64,000 bases of DNA from Mobula hypostoma (Eukaryota): the NCBI RefSeq assembly GCF_963921235.1, contig NC_086115.1, positions 37,510,001-37,574,000 of the forward strand, given 5' to 3'. Position numbers and translations under genes: made by a program. The notes beneath the pieces are model-generated. The model was not told the origin of the DNA. It saw only the letters and a program-made list of their open reading frames with translations, and ran no database searches. Of this stretch, positions 52,216 through 64,000 are shown one piece after another (position 1 is the stretch's first letter; the number at the start of each line of letters is the position of its first letter).

Positions 52216-53010
52216 TGCTTTTTTAATTATTGTCATCTGGTACTCACTGATGATGAACTTGTGAATTCTTCCATTTTCTGCCTTTTTTTGAAACTTGATC
52301 ATGTCTTTTTTTTAAACTTGAATGTTTCCCTGCAATTCCATTGGTAGGTAGTCATCTTGGGTTCATTTTTAAAAACGCCTCACTGTCACTGTTATGTTTT
52401 GTAATGCCAAACATAACACTAATTGAGAGGAAAAATAGGAGATGCCAGTCTTAGTTTGCTTTTTTTACTTTAAGCGAGGCACGCATGTATCGTGTGGTAG
52501 CATCATAATGTCTGCAATTCATGTATTTTTACATATAACCTGCAATGAATGACTTAAATGAATGAGAATACTTAATCAAACAATATATTTACAATATTAT
52601 TCAAATACTACTGAAATATTCAATACACAACACCATCCTTCGCCAGAGTTGCTAACTCTTCTCGGCAACTTTCCTCGTTCCGACAAAGGGTCTTCTACCT
52701 GAAACATTTAACTCCATTTTGCTTTCCACAGATGCTGCCTAACCTAATTTCTAGCATTGTGGCTTTGTTTCAGAAAACTCCAAGACCCTTCTGATATTCT
52801 GTATTTTGGTTGTTCCCACGTCATGTTCATTTTATGAACCTTTATTTATATCTTCTAATTTCCTTGGTGTCCAAGAAAATAACTCCGTCTGGCCTTGGCT
52901 ACAGCCATCCAAATGAGATGGGACTAAAATTTGCAACCTCTCACAAGAGGGTATTTGTGTCCTTCCAAGGCTTGTCTTAAAATTATGTTCCCCGATTTTG
53001 GATTCTAGAG

Positions 53011-53090
53011 CAGGGGTTCCTAACCCGGTGCCCATGGGCCCCTTGCTCAATGGTATTGGTCCATGGCATAAGAAAGGTTGGGAACCCTTG
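53011..53090. mobile_element. About 80-bp hAT/Charlie-type MITE; further copies at 12772-12852 and 30660-30738
   Basis: CAGGGGTTCC..GGAACCCTTG TIRs, flanks TTCTAGAG / ACATAGAG, three homologous copies in the window. Confidence 0.7.
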
Positions 53091-53539
53091 ACATAGAGGA
53101 AGCAGCCAGCAGACAACAATCCTTCTTTCAACATCGTGTATGCTCGAGTAAGAAAACATATTGCTGATATACTATCTGACTTGTGCTGAGTTAGATGGCC
53201 TCCGTCTGGAGTGTCGCAATTGGGATCAGCGCCCCGTGCAATAAGATTAACTTCTCAGTTGGATATTTTTTGCTGTTCAATTACCTCATGGTAGATTTCT
53301 GAGGTGATAAGGGGATCTAGATTGCCTGTGATATCTGTATGGTCTTTGGGCCAGATGAAGAGCAGCCAGCTGAGACTGCAAAGGGAGCAAGTGCTCTTAA
53401 AATTTACCGTACCAAAGAGTGGATATCATCAAAAGAAATCACAAAACAAAACATTCCACAGATTTTGTTTTGATTAAATATAACTGTGACGTTCACTCTT
53501 TTCTGCTCTCTGTTTTCACTGTTAAGAATTATTCTTCAG

Positions 53540-54865
53540 ATTGTTTGTGGGAGGAGGTGGAGGAGCTCAAGGCTTGGTGCCAGGCAAGTGACCTCTGCCT
53601 CAATGTCAGTTAGATAAAGGAGATGGTTATCAACTTCAGGAGATTTGCACCTCTCACACCCTTCTTTACATTGGTGGTACAGCAGTGGAACCAGCAAGCA
53701 GTTTGAAACTCCTGGGAATGCACATCTCACAACGTCTCATGGTCACAAAACGCATTATACGCAATCAGGAAAACTCACCAGTGCGTCTACGTGCCGAGGA
53801 GGCGGAAGAGAGTAGAACTATCCATGTCCACACTCGTGTCATTCTACAGATGTGCAGTAGAGAGCATCCTAACAAGCTGCATCACTGCATGGTACAGAAA
53901 CAATAGACAATAGGTGCAGGAGTAGGCCATTCAGCCCTTCGAGCCAGCACCACCATTCACTGTGATCATGGCTGATCATCCACAATGAAACTGCACTGTG
54001 GAGGACAGGAAGGCTCTACGACAGGTAGTTAAAACTACCCGATGCATCATCGGCACCAGTCTACCTGCCATCTAAGATGTATATATGGAAAGGTGCCGGA
54101 AAAGGGCATGTAACGTGAGGGATCCTACTCGCCCTGTCTATGTGCTGTTTGTCCCATTCCCATCAGGAGGAGGATACACAGCACACACTCTAACACCACC
54201 AGACTCAAAAACAGTACTTTCATGAAGCAGTGAGGATGATCAACACCTCCACCCCTCCACACCCCAACACGACCACTTTATCATTCTCTGTCAGTTATGT
54301 CAGAATCAGAAATGGGTTTAATAACAAAATATAAATATCAAATATATATATATTTGATATTTATTTCCAAAATCATTGAATGTGTGCCTTCAGGCTTCTG
54401 TACCTCTTTCCTGATGGTAGCAATGACTTGGGTGATGAGGTCTTTAATGATGGATGTAGCCTTTTTGAGATATCGCTCCTTGAAGATATCCCAGATACTA
54501 TGGACGCTAGAGCCTATGGTGGCGCTGACTAAGTTTACAACTCTCTGCAGCTTATTTCGACCCTGTGCAGTAGCAACTCTCCCTCATACCAAAAGGTGAT
54601 GCAGCCAGTGGGAATGCTCATCACGTTACATCTGTAGACATTTGTGAGAGTCTTTGGTGACATACCAAACCTCCTCAAACTCCTCATGAAATGTAGCCAC
54701 TGTTGTGCCTTCTTTGTAGCTGCATCGATATGTTGGGTCCAGGATAGATCCTCAGAGATATTGACACCCAGGAACTTGAAATTGCTCACTCTCTCCACTT
54801 CTGATCCCTCGACAAGAACTGGTGTGTGTTCCCTCATCTTACCCTTTCTGATGTCCGCAATCAGT
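53540..54865. mobile_element. Two Rex1/Babar-like fragments (+ about 53540-54250; - about 54300-54865)
   Basis: EVEELKAWCQASDLCLNVS; VERVSNFKFLGVNISEDLSWTQHIDAATKKAQQ. Confidence 0.7.
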
Positions 54866-55204
54866 TTTCTGTTCTTTACTGGTGCTGGATTCGAACCCGG
54901 GACCACTCGCCTCATAGTCTAGTGCGGATGCCAGTACCCCACTGGCCAGCACACAATCAATAATATAAGCTACCTTATGTGTTTATATATTTTGTTATCA
55001 TTCTGTTCTTTATCTTAGTGAGTTTCTTTTGTGCTGCATCAGATCCGGAGTAACAATTATTTCGTTCTCCTTTACACTTGTGTCTGGAAAATGACATTAG
55101 ACAATCTTGAACACGAGGAAATCTGCAGATGCTGTAAATTCAAGCAACACACAAAAAATGCTGGTGAATGCAGCAGGCCAGGCAGCATCTCTAGGAAGAG
55201 GTAC

Positions 55205-55240
55205 AGTCGACGTTTCGAGCCGAGACCCTTCGTCAGGACT
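55205..55240 (-). ncRNA. Minimal hammerhead ribozyme motif
   Basis: AGTC-CTGACGA-AGGGTCTCGGCTC-GAAACGTC-GACT, intact core. Confidence 0.75.
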
Positions 55241-56107
55241 AACTGAAAGAAGAGATAGTAAGAGATTTGAAAGTGGGAGGGAGAGGGGGAGATCCAAAAT
55301 GATAGGAGAAGACAGGAGGGGGAGGGATGGAACCAAGAGTTGGACAGGTGATTGGCAAAAGGGATATGAGAGGATCATGGGACAGGAGGCCCAGGGAGAA
55401 GGAAAAGGGGGAGGGGAAAAAAACCCAGAGGATGGGCAAGGGGTACAGTCAGAGGGACAGAGGGAGAAAAAGGAGAGAGAGAAGAAAATAATAATTAATA
55501 ATAAATAAATAACGGATGGGGTACAAGGGGGAGGTGGGGCATTAATGGAAGTTGGGGAAGTTAATGTTCATGCCATCAGGTTGGAGGCTACCCAGACGGA
55601 ATATAAGGTGTTGTTCCTCCAACCCGAGTGTGGCTTCATCTTGACAGTAGAGAAGGCCGTGGATAGACATATCAGAATGGGAATGGGACGTGGAATTCCC
55701 ATTCCGTTATGTCTATCCACGGCCTCCTCTACTGCCACACTCAGGTTGGAGGAACACCTTATATTCCGTCTGGGTAGCCTCCAACCTGATGGCATGAACA
55801 TTGACTTCTCTAACTTCCGCTAATGCCCCACCTCCCCTTCATACCCCATCCGTTATTTTTTTTTTAAATTCTCTTTTTTTTCTCCCTCTGTCCCTCTCAC
55901 TCCTTGCCCATCCTCTGGGCTTCCCCCTCCCCCTTTCTTTCTCCCTAGGCCTCCCATACCATGATCCTCTCCCTTCTCCAGCCTCATATCCCTTTTGCCA
56001 ATCAACTGTCCAGCTCTTAGCTCCATCCCTCCCCCTCGTCTTCTATTATTTCAGATCTCCCCCTCCTCCTCCCACTTTCAAATCTCTTACTATCTCTTCT
56101 TTCAGTT

Positions 56108-56143
56108 AGTCCTGACGAAGGGTCTCAGCCCGAAACATCAACT
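56108..56143 (+). ncRNA. Degenerate hammerhead motif
   Basis: AGTC-CTGACGA-AGGGTCTCAGCCC-GAAACATC-AACT. Core intact, stems I and III mutated. Confidence 0.5.
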
Positions 56144-58712
56144 GTACCTCTTCCTATAGAGGCTGCCTGGCCTGCTGCATTCACCAGCACTTTTTGTGTG
56201 TGTTGCTTAAACAACCTTGAACCTTGTGTTTAATTTATCATTAATTACTACTTCAAAGTTTAAATCATGAGACATGAGAGTCTGTGACCTCCTTTAAAAT
56301 GTAATATATTGAACAGTAATGATTGGGATTTCCCTTTCTAATATTTACAACAACAAACCTTGCATCGTGATATCTGTTGCAAATATTTTTCATTTTAAGC
56401 CTGTACTGTAAACATGAAGATGCGGAGTTTGGGAATCAAAGTCATTGATGTAATCCCTGGAAAAGGGATGTATACCCTGTCTGTTACATACCTCTTCCAG
56501 GTTTCGCTCGAATGCTTACAGTCTCAAGATATCTGCCCAGTATTTGGAACAATGTTTGTCTATCAGTTTGTAGTCCAGCCCCATTCAAAGTAGTGCATAA
56601 CTGATTTTGAAATGTATTATTAATAGTAAAATTGCAATTTTCCTACTGCAAAATTGAATGTTTATAGTGCTTGACTAGCATGAAATTAAATTTCAGGCAA
56701 ATTAATAGAAAAGTAATTTTCCACTGCTGTTCTTTTTTTAAACTAATTACAAATTAGCAAATTTAGTCCGCTACTGACACAATATTTTGAACGCAGAAAT
56801 TATTATTTAAGAATGCTAATGCAATACAAATGTTGGTCAAACTTTTTCTCCCTGTTTCAATAAAAGGCTTTATTTGATGGATGAGCTTGCTAATACTTGC
56901 AGTGAGTGGGTTAGGAGTGAAGAAACTAGTCGACATTTGTGAAGTTTTAGGTAGATTTCCATTTGGTTCTGAACAAGGCCCAGTTCCCAGTCTATTCCAT
57001 TCAAAAGCCAGACTTTTCTTTGCCCTGTTTATTTTCCCTTCCCCAACCCTAATGTCCTAATGTGTGTGTGTGTGTGTGTCTCCCCACACCACTGACATTG
57101 TGACCCACAATATACTTTCTGCTAACTGACAAATTGATTAGGCTGGAGATTTTAATCCCTCCTTTTTAGTCAAGTCATCTCTGAAGGTTGCGGAGAGAAT
57201 TCTGCCTACAGTGTAGTGCCTTGAGGGGCAACTGATTGATCATGAGATTCTGTTTCTTTTGTTAGATGCTATCACGTCTTTGTTTCTAAGTATAGTAAGG
57301 ATGACATTTTGTATTAGACCATAAGACTTAGGAGCATAATTAAGCCATCCAGCCCATCGAGCTTGCTCTATTGTACTTCACACAACTACAGCATTATTCA
57401 TAGATAGTTAAGAAATTGCATGGAGTATTAGACATTTCAGGTTTTGCTCTGCAAATGGAATGGTTTGGAAATGGTTTGCCTACACATTACTTAAAATAAA
57501 AAGAACAGATTGGAATTAATTCAGTAATTTGTACATGGTGGAATTTATTTTTAAAAAATACTTGAGAATTTACTGGGGTGAAAGTTCCTTTAGAAAATTT
57601 TCAATGTTTGCTTTTATCTTGTTTACTCTTCTGCTTCTACGAACATCCTGATGGTAATTTAGCCAGCTAATGTTCTCATTATTGTAAATGGGCGTATTTG
57701 CAGACACATCAACTCTTGTGAATCAACGTGTACTGCAATTTACCTGCTACTGAGGGAGTTATTGAGGTATGAATAAACAGTACTGTATTATTGGGGCGTA
57801 TTCAAGAGTCCTAAAGAAGGCAAATACTACAGTGCCGAGGAAGTAAAGTGCATTCAATTCAGATGTGTGTAAACAAATATTATTTCTAGTTTGGTTTTGG
57901 TACAATTTTCTTTAAGAGACCTGAGTATCTGAGGAAATATTAAAGGATATGATTAAAATTCTACCTGGAGGAACATAAAGAATGACAGGATTCTTCACCC
58001 CCTAATGTAGAGTGTGGTGAATCAGTGGAATTTGGTGCCACAGAGGCCACCTCTAAGTACTGTATATTCGAGTCCTTGATTAATTAAAGGTTTTGGGGAG
58101 AAGGCAAGAAAATGGAGTGGGGGTTAAAATAATCAGCCATGATTGAATGGCTTGAAGGACTGATTCTGCTCCTGTATTTTATGGTCTTGTAATGAATTTG
58201 CAAGCAAGAAGACATTTATTCATTTTCTAAATTGCTAATATGTTGGTTGAAGATTTTTTTTGATGTACATGATGATGGGAATTAGAAATAGGAATAAGTT
58301 ATTTTGATTTGCACCTGCTCGATCATTCAGACAGATCACAACTGATCCATTAATTCCCCTGAATTTGTCATCTGGGAGTAAGTGTTGAGCAGATAAGCTG
58401 TCATTACTGTTTCAGAACAGGTTGCCGGGGAAATGACTAACATTAAGAACTCGTCTCTTTAGCGGATACTGAGTGTTTGAAATGGTTTAATATTGACATC
58501 ATTTGACTTTAGTAATTTATTAGTACCTAAAATAGTTGATTATTGTCTTATTTCCCCACTCAAAAACAAATGTATACCAAAATTATCCTACTGGCTTGAA
58601 AATTAGGTAGTCAAATCATCTGGTAAATTGTGGGTCATATATAATGCTTTTCAATGTGATTTTTTTTTTCCTTTGCATTTCACCTTATAAATGTAACATT
58701 TAACTATTTCAG

Positions 58713-58768
58713 ATGAAAAGAAGAAAACCAAGTCAGTTGATAATGAATTGAATCCTGTGTGGAATGAG
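58713..58768 (+). CDS. MYOF: Myoferlin coding exon 2 (56 nt)
   Basis: Acceptor tatttcag| then (D)EKKKTKSVDNELNPVWNE, donor |GTGAGA. Confidence 0.95.
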
Positions 58769-59158
58769 GTGAGACTCCTTCGACAAAGATGTATTCTTAA
58801 ATTTAAAACCTGTTTGAAACAATGTCTGATTTTGTCACTCTGAAGACTATAGTCTGAAATTTGGGACTCACTAAGTACTGCACAGCTACAGTTCTATAAC
58901 TTTACAATCTGTGTGAATATGACTTTGTAACAGTAAAATGAATTTTACAATTCACTTTTCAATGATAAGTGTTGATCTGATGATCTCTCATTTCTGCTTG
59001 TTTCCAAAAAAACAACGGAGAGAAGACTATCATGAAAAATTCCCACCACTTCAAACTACTTCAATTATTCAGCATATATTAAAATAGTAATCATTATGAA
59101 GTATAGTTTATTCTGATTCATATTTTTGTTGACTATTGATTTATTTATTCACCCACAG

Positions 59159-59250
59159 AGAATTGAATTTGATTTGAAGGGAGTGGCCCTAAATGCTTCC
59201 TCATCAATTCTTGTTGTGGTTAAGGACTACGAGACAATTGGAAAAGATAA
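59159..59250 (+). CDS. MYOF: Myoferlin coding exon 3 (92 nt); the gene continues beyond the window
   Basis: Acceptor cccacag| then RIEFDLKGVALNASSSILVVVKDYETIGKD(K), donor |GTAAGT. Compare human ILEFDLRGIPLDFSSSLGIIVKDFETIGQNK. Confidence 0.93.
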
Positions 59251-59997
59251 GTAAGTGCTCTAACATTCAACTTTTTAATGCCCTCTAGTCTTCTTGCATT
59301 GGAGGTGTATCAGTATCAAAGCAATATGTAGTGTTTTACAACTTGGTTAGCTTGAAGTTTTGGTGTAGTTAAGGCTCTATCACTCCAAATGTCTGGAAAG
59401 GCAGAATTGGTGAGCAGTTAATTTTGCTCCAAATAATTCTTGGCTTGTTTGTTCAGTATTGTGTAGTATATCCCATTGGATGCTACTTTCTAATCAGCAT
59501 CGTGAGCCTATTGACTTAATTGATACCGGTCATTTTATCCAAAAAATAAAGCCTTTTAGAGCTGTGAATGCCTTGAGGTCACTTGCCATATTATTATTCA
59601 TAAGCAGTCAGGTCTCATTTCAAATGCTGAACATTACCTCCTCGTATGTCAGCTGGGATCTGTATTTAATTTTGTTTGCTGGAAACATATGTCATGGTTC
59701 ACTTCCCAGCTGAGGAAAAGGCACCACCGTTGGTGCCAGGCCTAACTGATCCTGCATTGAGATTAGTTTATTTTAAATTTGTGTTTTCCAGTTCACTGGT
59801 TAGGCATGAATTTGAATTTAATCACCTCCCTTTTGGGTCTCTTTCACCTTCCCTTTCTCCCACGATCTACTCTGCTCTCCGTTCGGGCTCCTTCTTCAGT
59901 CCATTATCTTTTCCACCTATCACCTTCCAGCTTCTCACTTCAGTCCCTTTCCCCTCAGTTGGTTTCATAAATCACTTGCAAGCTTGTACTCCTTCCC

Positions 59998-60510
59998 TTA
60001 CTCTACTGTCGCGATGAGGCCACACTCAGGTTGGAGGAGCAACACCTTGTATTCCGTCTGAGTTACCCCCGACCTGTTAGCACGAACAGTGATTTCTCAA
60101 ACTTCCAGTAATGGCCACCTCCTCCTGTCATTTCCCATCCCCTTTATCCCCCTCTCACGTTATCTCCTTGCCTGCACTTTCTGGTGCTCCTCCCCCTTTT
60201 CTCTCTTCCATGGCCTTCTGTCCTCCTATAAGATTCCTCCTTCTCCTGCCCTGGATCTCTTTCACCAACCAACTTGCTAGGTCTTTACTTCATCCCTCCC
60301 CCATTCCCGGTTTCACCTATCTCCTTGTATTTCTTCCTCCCTCTTCCCCCCCGCCCCCACCTAACTCTGACTCCTCATCTTTTTTTTTTCTCCAGTCCTG
60401 ACAAAGGGTCTCGGTCCGAAATGTCGACTATCCTCCTTTCCATAGATGCTGCCTGGCCTGCTGAGTTCCTCCAGCATTTCGTGTGTGTTGCTCGGATTTC
60501 CAGCAACGGC
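59998..60510 (+). mobile_element. Diverged Penelope-like 3' fragment
   Basis: GAGGCCACACTCAGGTTGGAGGAGCAACACC, a pyrimidine-rich UTR, a degenerate hammerhead and the GATGCTGCCTGGCCTGCTG tail, as in the other copies. Confidence 0.75.
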
Positions 60511-62401
60511 AGTTTTTGTCTTGTTTGTGGTGTTTTCCCAATGACTCCTCGAGGTAGCTCAGCTCTCTGAAACATGGGAAGGCGGGGGTTATGGCTGTCT
60601 GGTAGATCACAGGTTTTGTGCCAAGTTTGTTTTCTACCCATTTCCTGAATTGAACAAAGGTTGTGCTGGTTCATTTTAAGGTGGTGGCAAGTTTGTCCTC
60701 AGAAGTGGTGGTTTCAGAGTTATGGGAAGTGGTCTACATTTTCTGGGTGTGGTCATCTGTACTTTTATTGCCATAGGACAGCATAGTTGTTTATGGTGGT
60801 GCAAGTATATCAATAAATCTGGACAGTGCATGAATAGGAAGAGATTCCAAGGGAACTTTATGGAAGTTTAATAAAAGTGAAAGATCAGGTGGTAGCCAAA
60901 TGAGGACAGCAAACTGATGGCTTCTGGCATTTCATATTCTGTGTACCTACACCAAACAATGTGATACTTAATATGAATTTCGTCAGCACTTGAGGTACTG
61001 AAAGAATGGCTGATGTTGTGCCTTTTATTTAAGAAAATAATTTAAGAATTACATGCCATTAAGCTTTAAGACCATAATACATAAGAGCTGAATGAGGCCA
61101 TTCAGCCCATTGCATCTGCTGCACTATTTAATCATAGCTGATTTATTTTCTCTTTCAACCCGTTTCTGCTGCCTGTAACCTTTGACACCCTTCCTAATCA
61201 GGAACCTACTAACCTCCGCTTTAAATATACCCAAGGACTTTGCATCAGTGGTGTGCAAGTTAATGGAAGGGATTTTGAGGGGTAGGATTTCTTTGCATTT
61301 GGAATAGGTGAGGACACTCGAGGGCTCCTACTTTCTACAATGATTCCTACATTGCTCGTTCACACACTGCACACAATGGAGCAAGTTGCAGCATGATCCA
61401 CATTTTTCATCTGCACTCCTAGCTTAACAACTGTAAGACAAGATACTGAATAAAATTCTTTGTGAGCTCATCCCACATTATTACATATCTATTCTCCAGG
61501 CAGCTTCTCTTGGTATTGGTGCCTCTGCTTGGCATTGGTTTCGGTTGCTTTGCTGCCTTTTAAATCCTTCAATCTTCACTCCTGCATCCTCAACTTTGAT
61601 TTCCACTATCAACCTATCTTTACACTTCTTAAAATCCCTGCTTCATCTCTCTCCCACAATTTATAATGTACTTTAAAAACAGTTTTCTGTGCATGAACAC
61701 TTCTTAGAGAAGAATAAAATCTGTCATGTAATCTCACTAAGAAGGCACCTTTTCATTTAAAATGCCTTCTCTTCAGGATATACCTATTACTATTTGTAGT
61801 CGGGTAGAGAGATTTGCTTCTCTGGTTTACAGAGAACTCCTTGAAGTGAAGCCTTATTCCACAAATTTCACATTTTCTGCCTGAAATTGGCATGTGTTCA
61901 AGAGTGGGTGGAGACACTTAGGACATTTCTGTCTCATTAGTCATTATGAGTAACTCTCTTTAGACCTGCAGTTCATAAAATTTGTCAGGCAAAGAGCAAG
62001 GGGTTGGGCACTGGCTAGATAGTTGAACTGAGACCATCTCCATGGCTTTTTAGCCTCCTGTGTTGTAATCTTTATTTCCTGTAAAATTTATTGTGGATTA
62101 ACTTTTTAATGCCATTACATAATTTTTTTTAAAAAAACCTAGTCAATGGAACTTCTAGTTGAATATGCTATGATGGAGAACTGAATTCTGTTGTGGAAGT
62201 TGGGATACATAAGCCCTTTTATTGTAGTTGCGTATTGAGGAAGGGCTGGGAAAATGCACAAGGTTTGGGGAGGGAGCTGAATGTGTTTTGGCAATGCTGT
62301 ATTATTTTTGCTGCCTCATAGCTTTGTCAGCTAATTCTTTACACAGTGTAACTAGTGTACATCCTGCTTGGTGGGTGTGCAGAGAATGCGATGCACTGCT
62401 T

Positions 62402-63115
62402 TAGAAACATAGAAAATCTACAGCACAATACAGGCCCTTCAGCCCACAAAGCTGTGCCGAACATGTACCTACTTTAGAAATTACCTAGGGTTACCCATTA
62501 CCCTCTATTTTTCTAAGCTCCATGTACTTATCCAGGAGTCTCTTAAAAGACCCTATTATATCCTCCTCCACCATCGTTGCTGGCAGCCCATTCCACGCGC
62601 TCACCACTCCCTGCGTTTAAAAAAACAACAACAACTTACCCCGGACATCTCTGTACCTACTTCCAAGCACCTTAAAACTGTGCCCTATCGGCCTAGCCAT
62701 TTCCACCCTGGGAAAAAGCCTCTGACTATCCACACGATCAATGCTTCCCATCATCTTATACACCTCTATCAGGTCACCTCCCATCCTATGTTGCTCAACC
62801 TATTCTCATAAGGCATGCTCCCCAATCCAGGCAACATCCTTGTAAATCTCCACCCTTTCTGTGGTTTCCACATTCTTCCTGTAGTGAGATGACCAGAACT
62901 GAGCACAGTCCTCCAAGTGGGGTCTGACCAGGGTCCTGCATAGCTGCAACATTACCTCTCAGCTCTTAAATTCGATCCCACGGTTGATGAAGGCCAATGC
63001 ACTGTGTGACTGTGTGGCATTCTTAAACAGAAAATCAACTTGCGCAGCAGCTTTGAGTGTCCTGTAGACTTGGACCCCAAGATCCCTCTGATTCTCCACA
63101 CTGCTAAGAGTCTTG
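62402..63115 (-). mobile_element. CR1 3' fragment
   Basis: Close to 37285-37860, with a TAGAAACATAGAAA tail. Confidence 0.8.
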
Positions 63116-63429
63116 CTGCTTTGTAGGCTGATCTATTGAAGAAGGTAGAAAAGCAATAATTGGTTATCTATCAGTATTGCGTGTTAATTTTTACCAAACC
63201 ATTTTTTAAAATTTGATTCGTTCCCTCAAAAAAAAATCAGTGATGTAAGTCTCATATCTTGTTCGAAAAAGTTTAGAGGTAGAGGATCACAGTTGCACGA
63301 TGTTTTCAGGATTGTAGAGGCCTGTTTTGCAATGCAGGAGTGGCTCAAACCTTAGTCGGAATCAGCAGTTTGAATATTAAAAAGAAATCCTTTCTGGTAA
63401 CTGTTACGAGAATACACATAAAATTAAGA

Positions 63430-64000
63430 TGTTTGCTGGCCTGGGCTAGCATCAGTGGCATCAGCAGTTGGTCTGCCACCTGCCCTCAGGGGAAGGAGAG
63501 ATAAGGAACAATGGAGCAGCGTCTGGAGATGTGTAATGGAGGGACGTGGGAGAGGGAGCTGTCTGGAGCGGCTCCCCCCCTTTGAACCCTGAACTGTTTG
63601 AAGTGATGGACAGGCGATACCCCAGCAGGGGGATAAAAAGGGACAGGTTCGCTAAGACAGGACACACACGCCACCCGAGGTAACGAGACCCTGGAAGCGG
63701 TGCGCCTCTCACGAGTGGATGAGAAGTACCAGACAACGACAAGGGTGGAAAGGTACGATCAGCGGGAACCCGGTGTGTGTCCGCCCTTGCCTGGGTGCCG
63801 GGTTCACTGCAGAGGATCGACCGCATCTGGAGGAGGGGTCACAGTCGGTGACCTCAGGTGACATCACCAAGGACCTGCCCAAAAAGTTGCTCGTGAGCAA
63901 TCTCGCTGGTCTGTGAGTGAAGCTGTGCTGAATGATGAGTTGTTCCTGTTCTCTCTGTCTCTCTTCCCCCACCTTGTCCATCGCCATGGCAACGATTACT
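63430..64000 (+). mobile_element. Probable LTR-like repeat running off the window end
   Basis: Abrupt GC/CpG-rich non-coding block starting with TG and containing a TATA-like GATAAAAAGG. The other end is not visible. Confidence 0.35.

Larger units (their letters stand above)
50229..52632 (-). mobile_element. Non-autonomous Ty3/Gypsy LTR element carrying a captured RBM25 fragment
   Basis: TG...CA ends flanked by a perfect CCATC duplication (50224-50228 / 52633-52637). LTR direct repeats at 52390-52632 and 50229-50573, the latter split by a CR1 tail at about 50273-50399. Also a PBS-like GTGACAGTGAG, a PPT AAGCAGGAAGGAG (50574-50586), gag remnants and an integrase C-terminal tail. Confidence 0.88.
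49640..52810 (+). mobile_element. Old Penelope-like remnant split by the Gypsy insertion
   Basis: Decayed endonuclease-region sequence at about 49640-50000. Its 3' end (CGACAAAGGGTC..GAAAC..CAGATGCTGCC) resumes after 52637. Confidence 0.5.
55111..56206 (-). mobile_element. Short palindromic Penelope-like element
   Basis: TSD TTAGACAATCTTGA / TTAAACAACCTTGA (55097-55110 / 56207-56220). Two inverted 3'-end arms meet near 55693. The tail-bearing arm is on the left. Confidence 0.88.

Overview
Repeat-rich eukaryotic genomic DNA from a vertebrate. The CR1/Penelope/Rex-Babar repeat mix suggests a cartilaginous fish such as a ray (inference). There are two divergently transcribed, intron-containing genes. 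CEP55 is complete on the minus strand: 8 coding exons, 33110 to 7114, 1335 nt, 444 aa, all GT-AG. The first three coding exons of myoferlin (MYOF) are on the plus strand, starting at 47007. Most of the supplied ORF track is transposon debris. Two structures stand out. (1) A TSD-flanked Ty3/Gypsy LTR element in MYOF intron 1 (50229-52632) has its pol replaced by an intronless RBM25 mRNA fragment fused in frame to the Gag zinc knuckle. (2) A family of Penelope-like (GIY-YIG) retroelements carries minimal hammerhead ribozyme motifs. Three copies are 14-bp-TSD-flanked palindromes whose short inverted arms all break at the same TCCCATTC motif. All family and gene assignments come from recalled motifs and protein sequences; no database searches were run.
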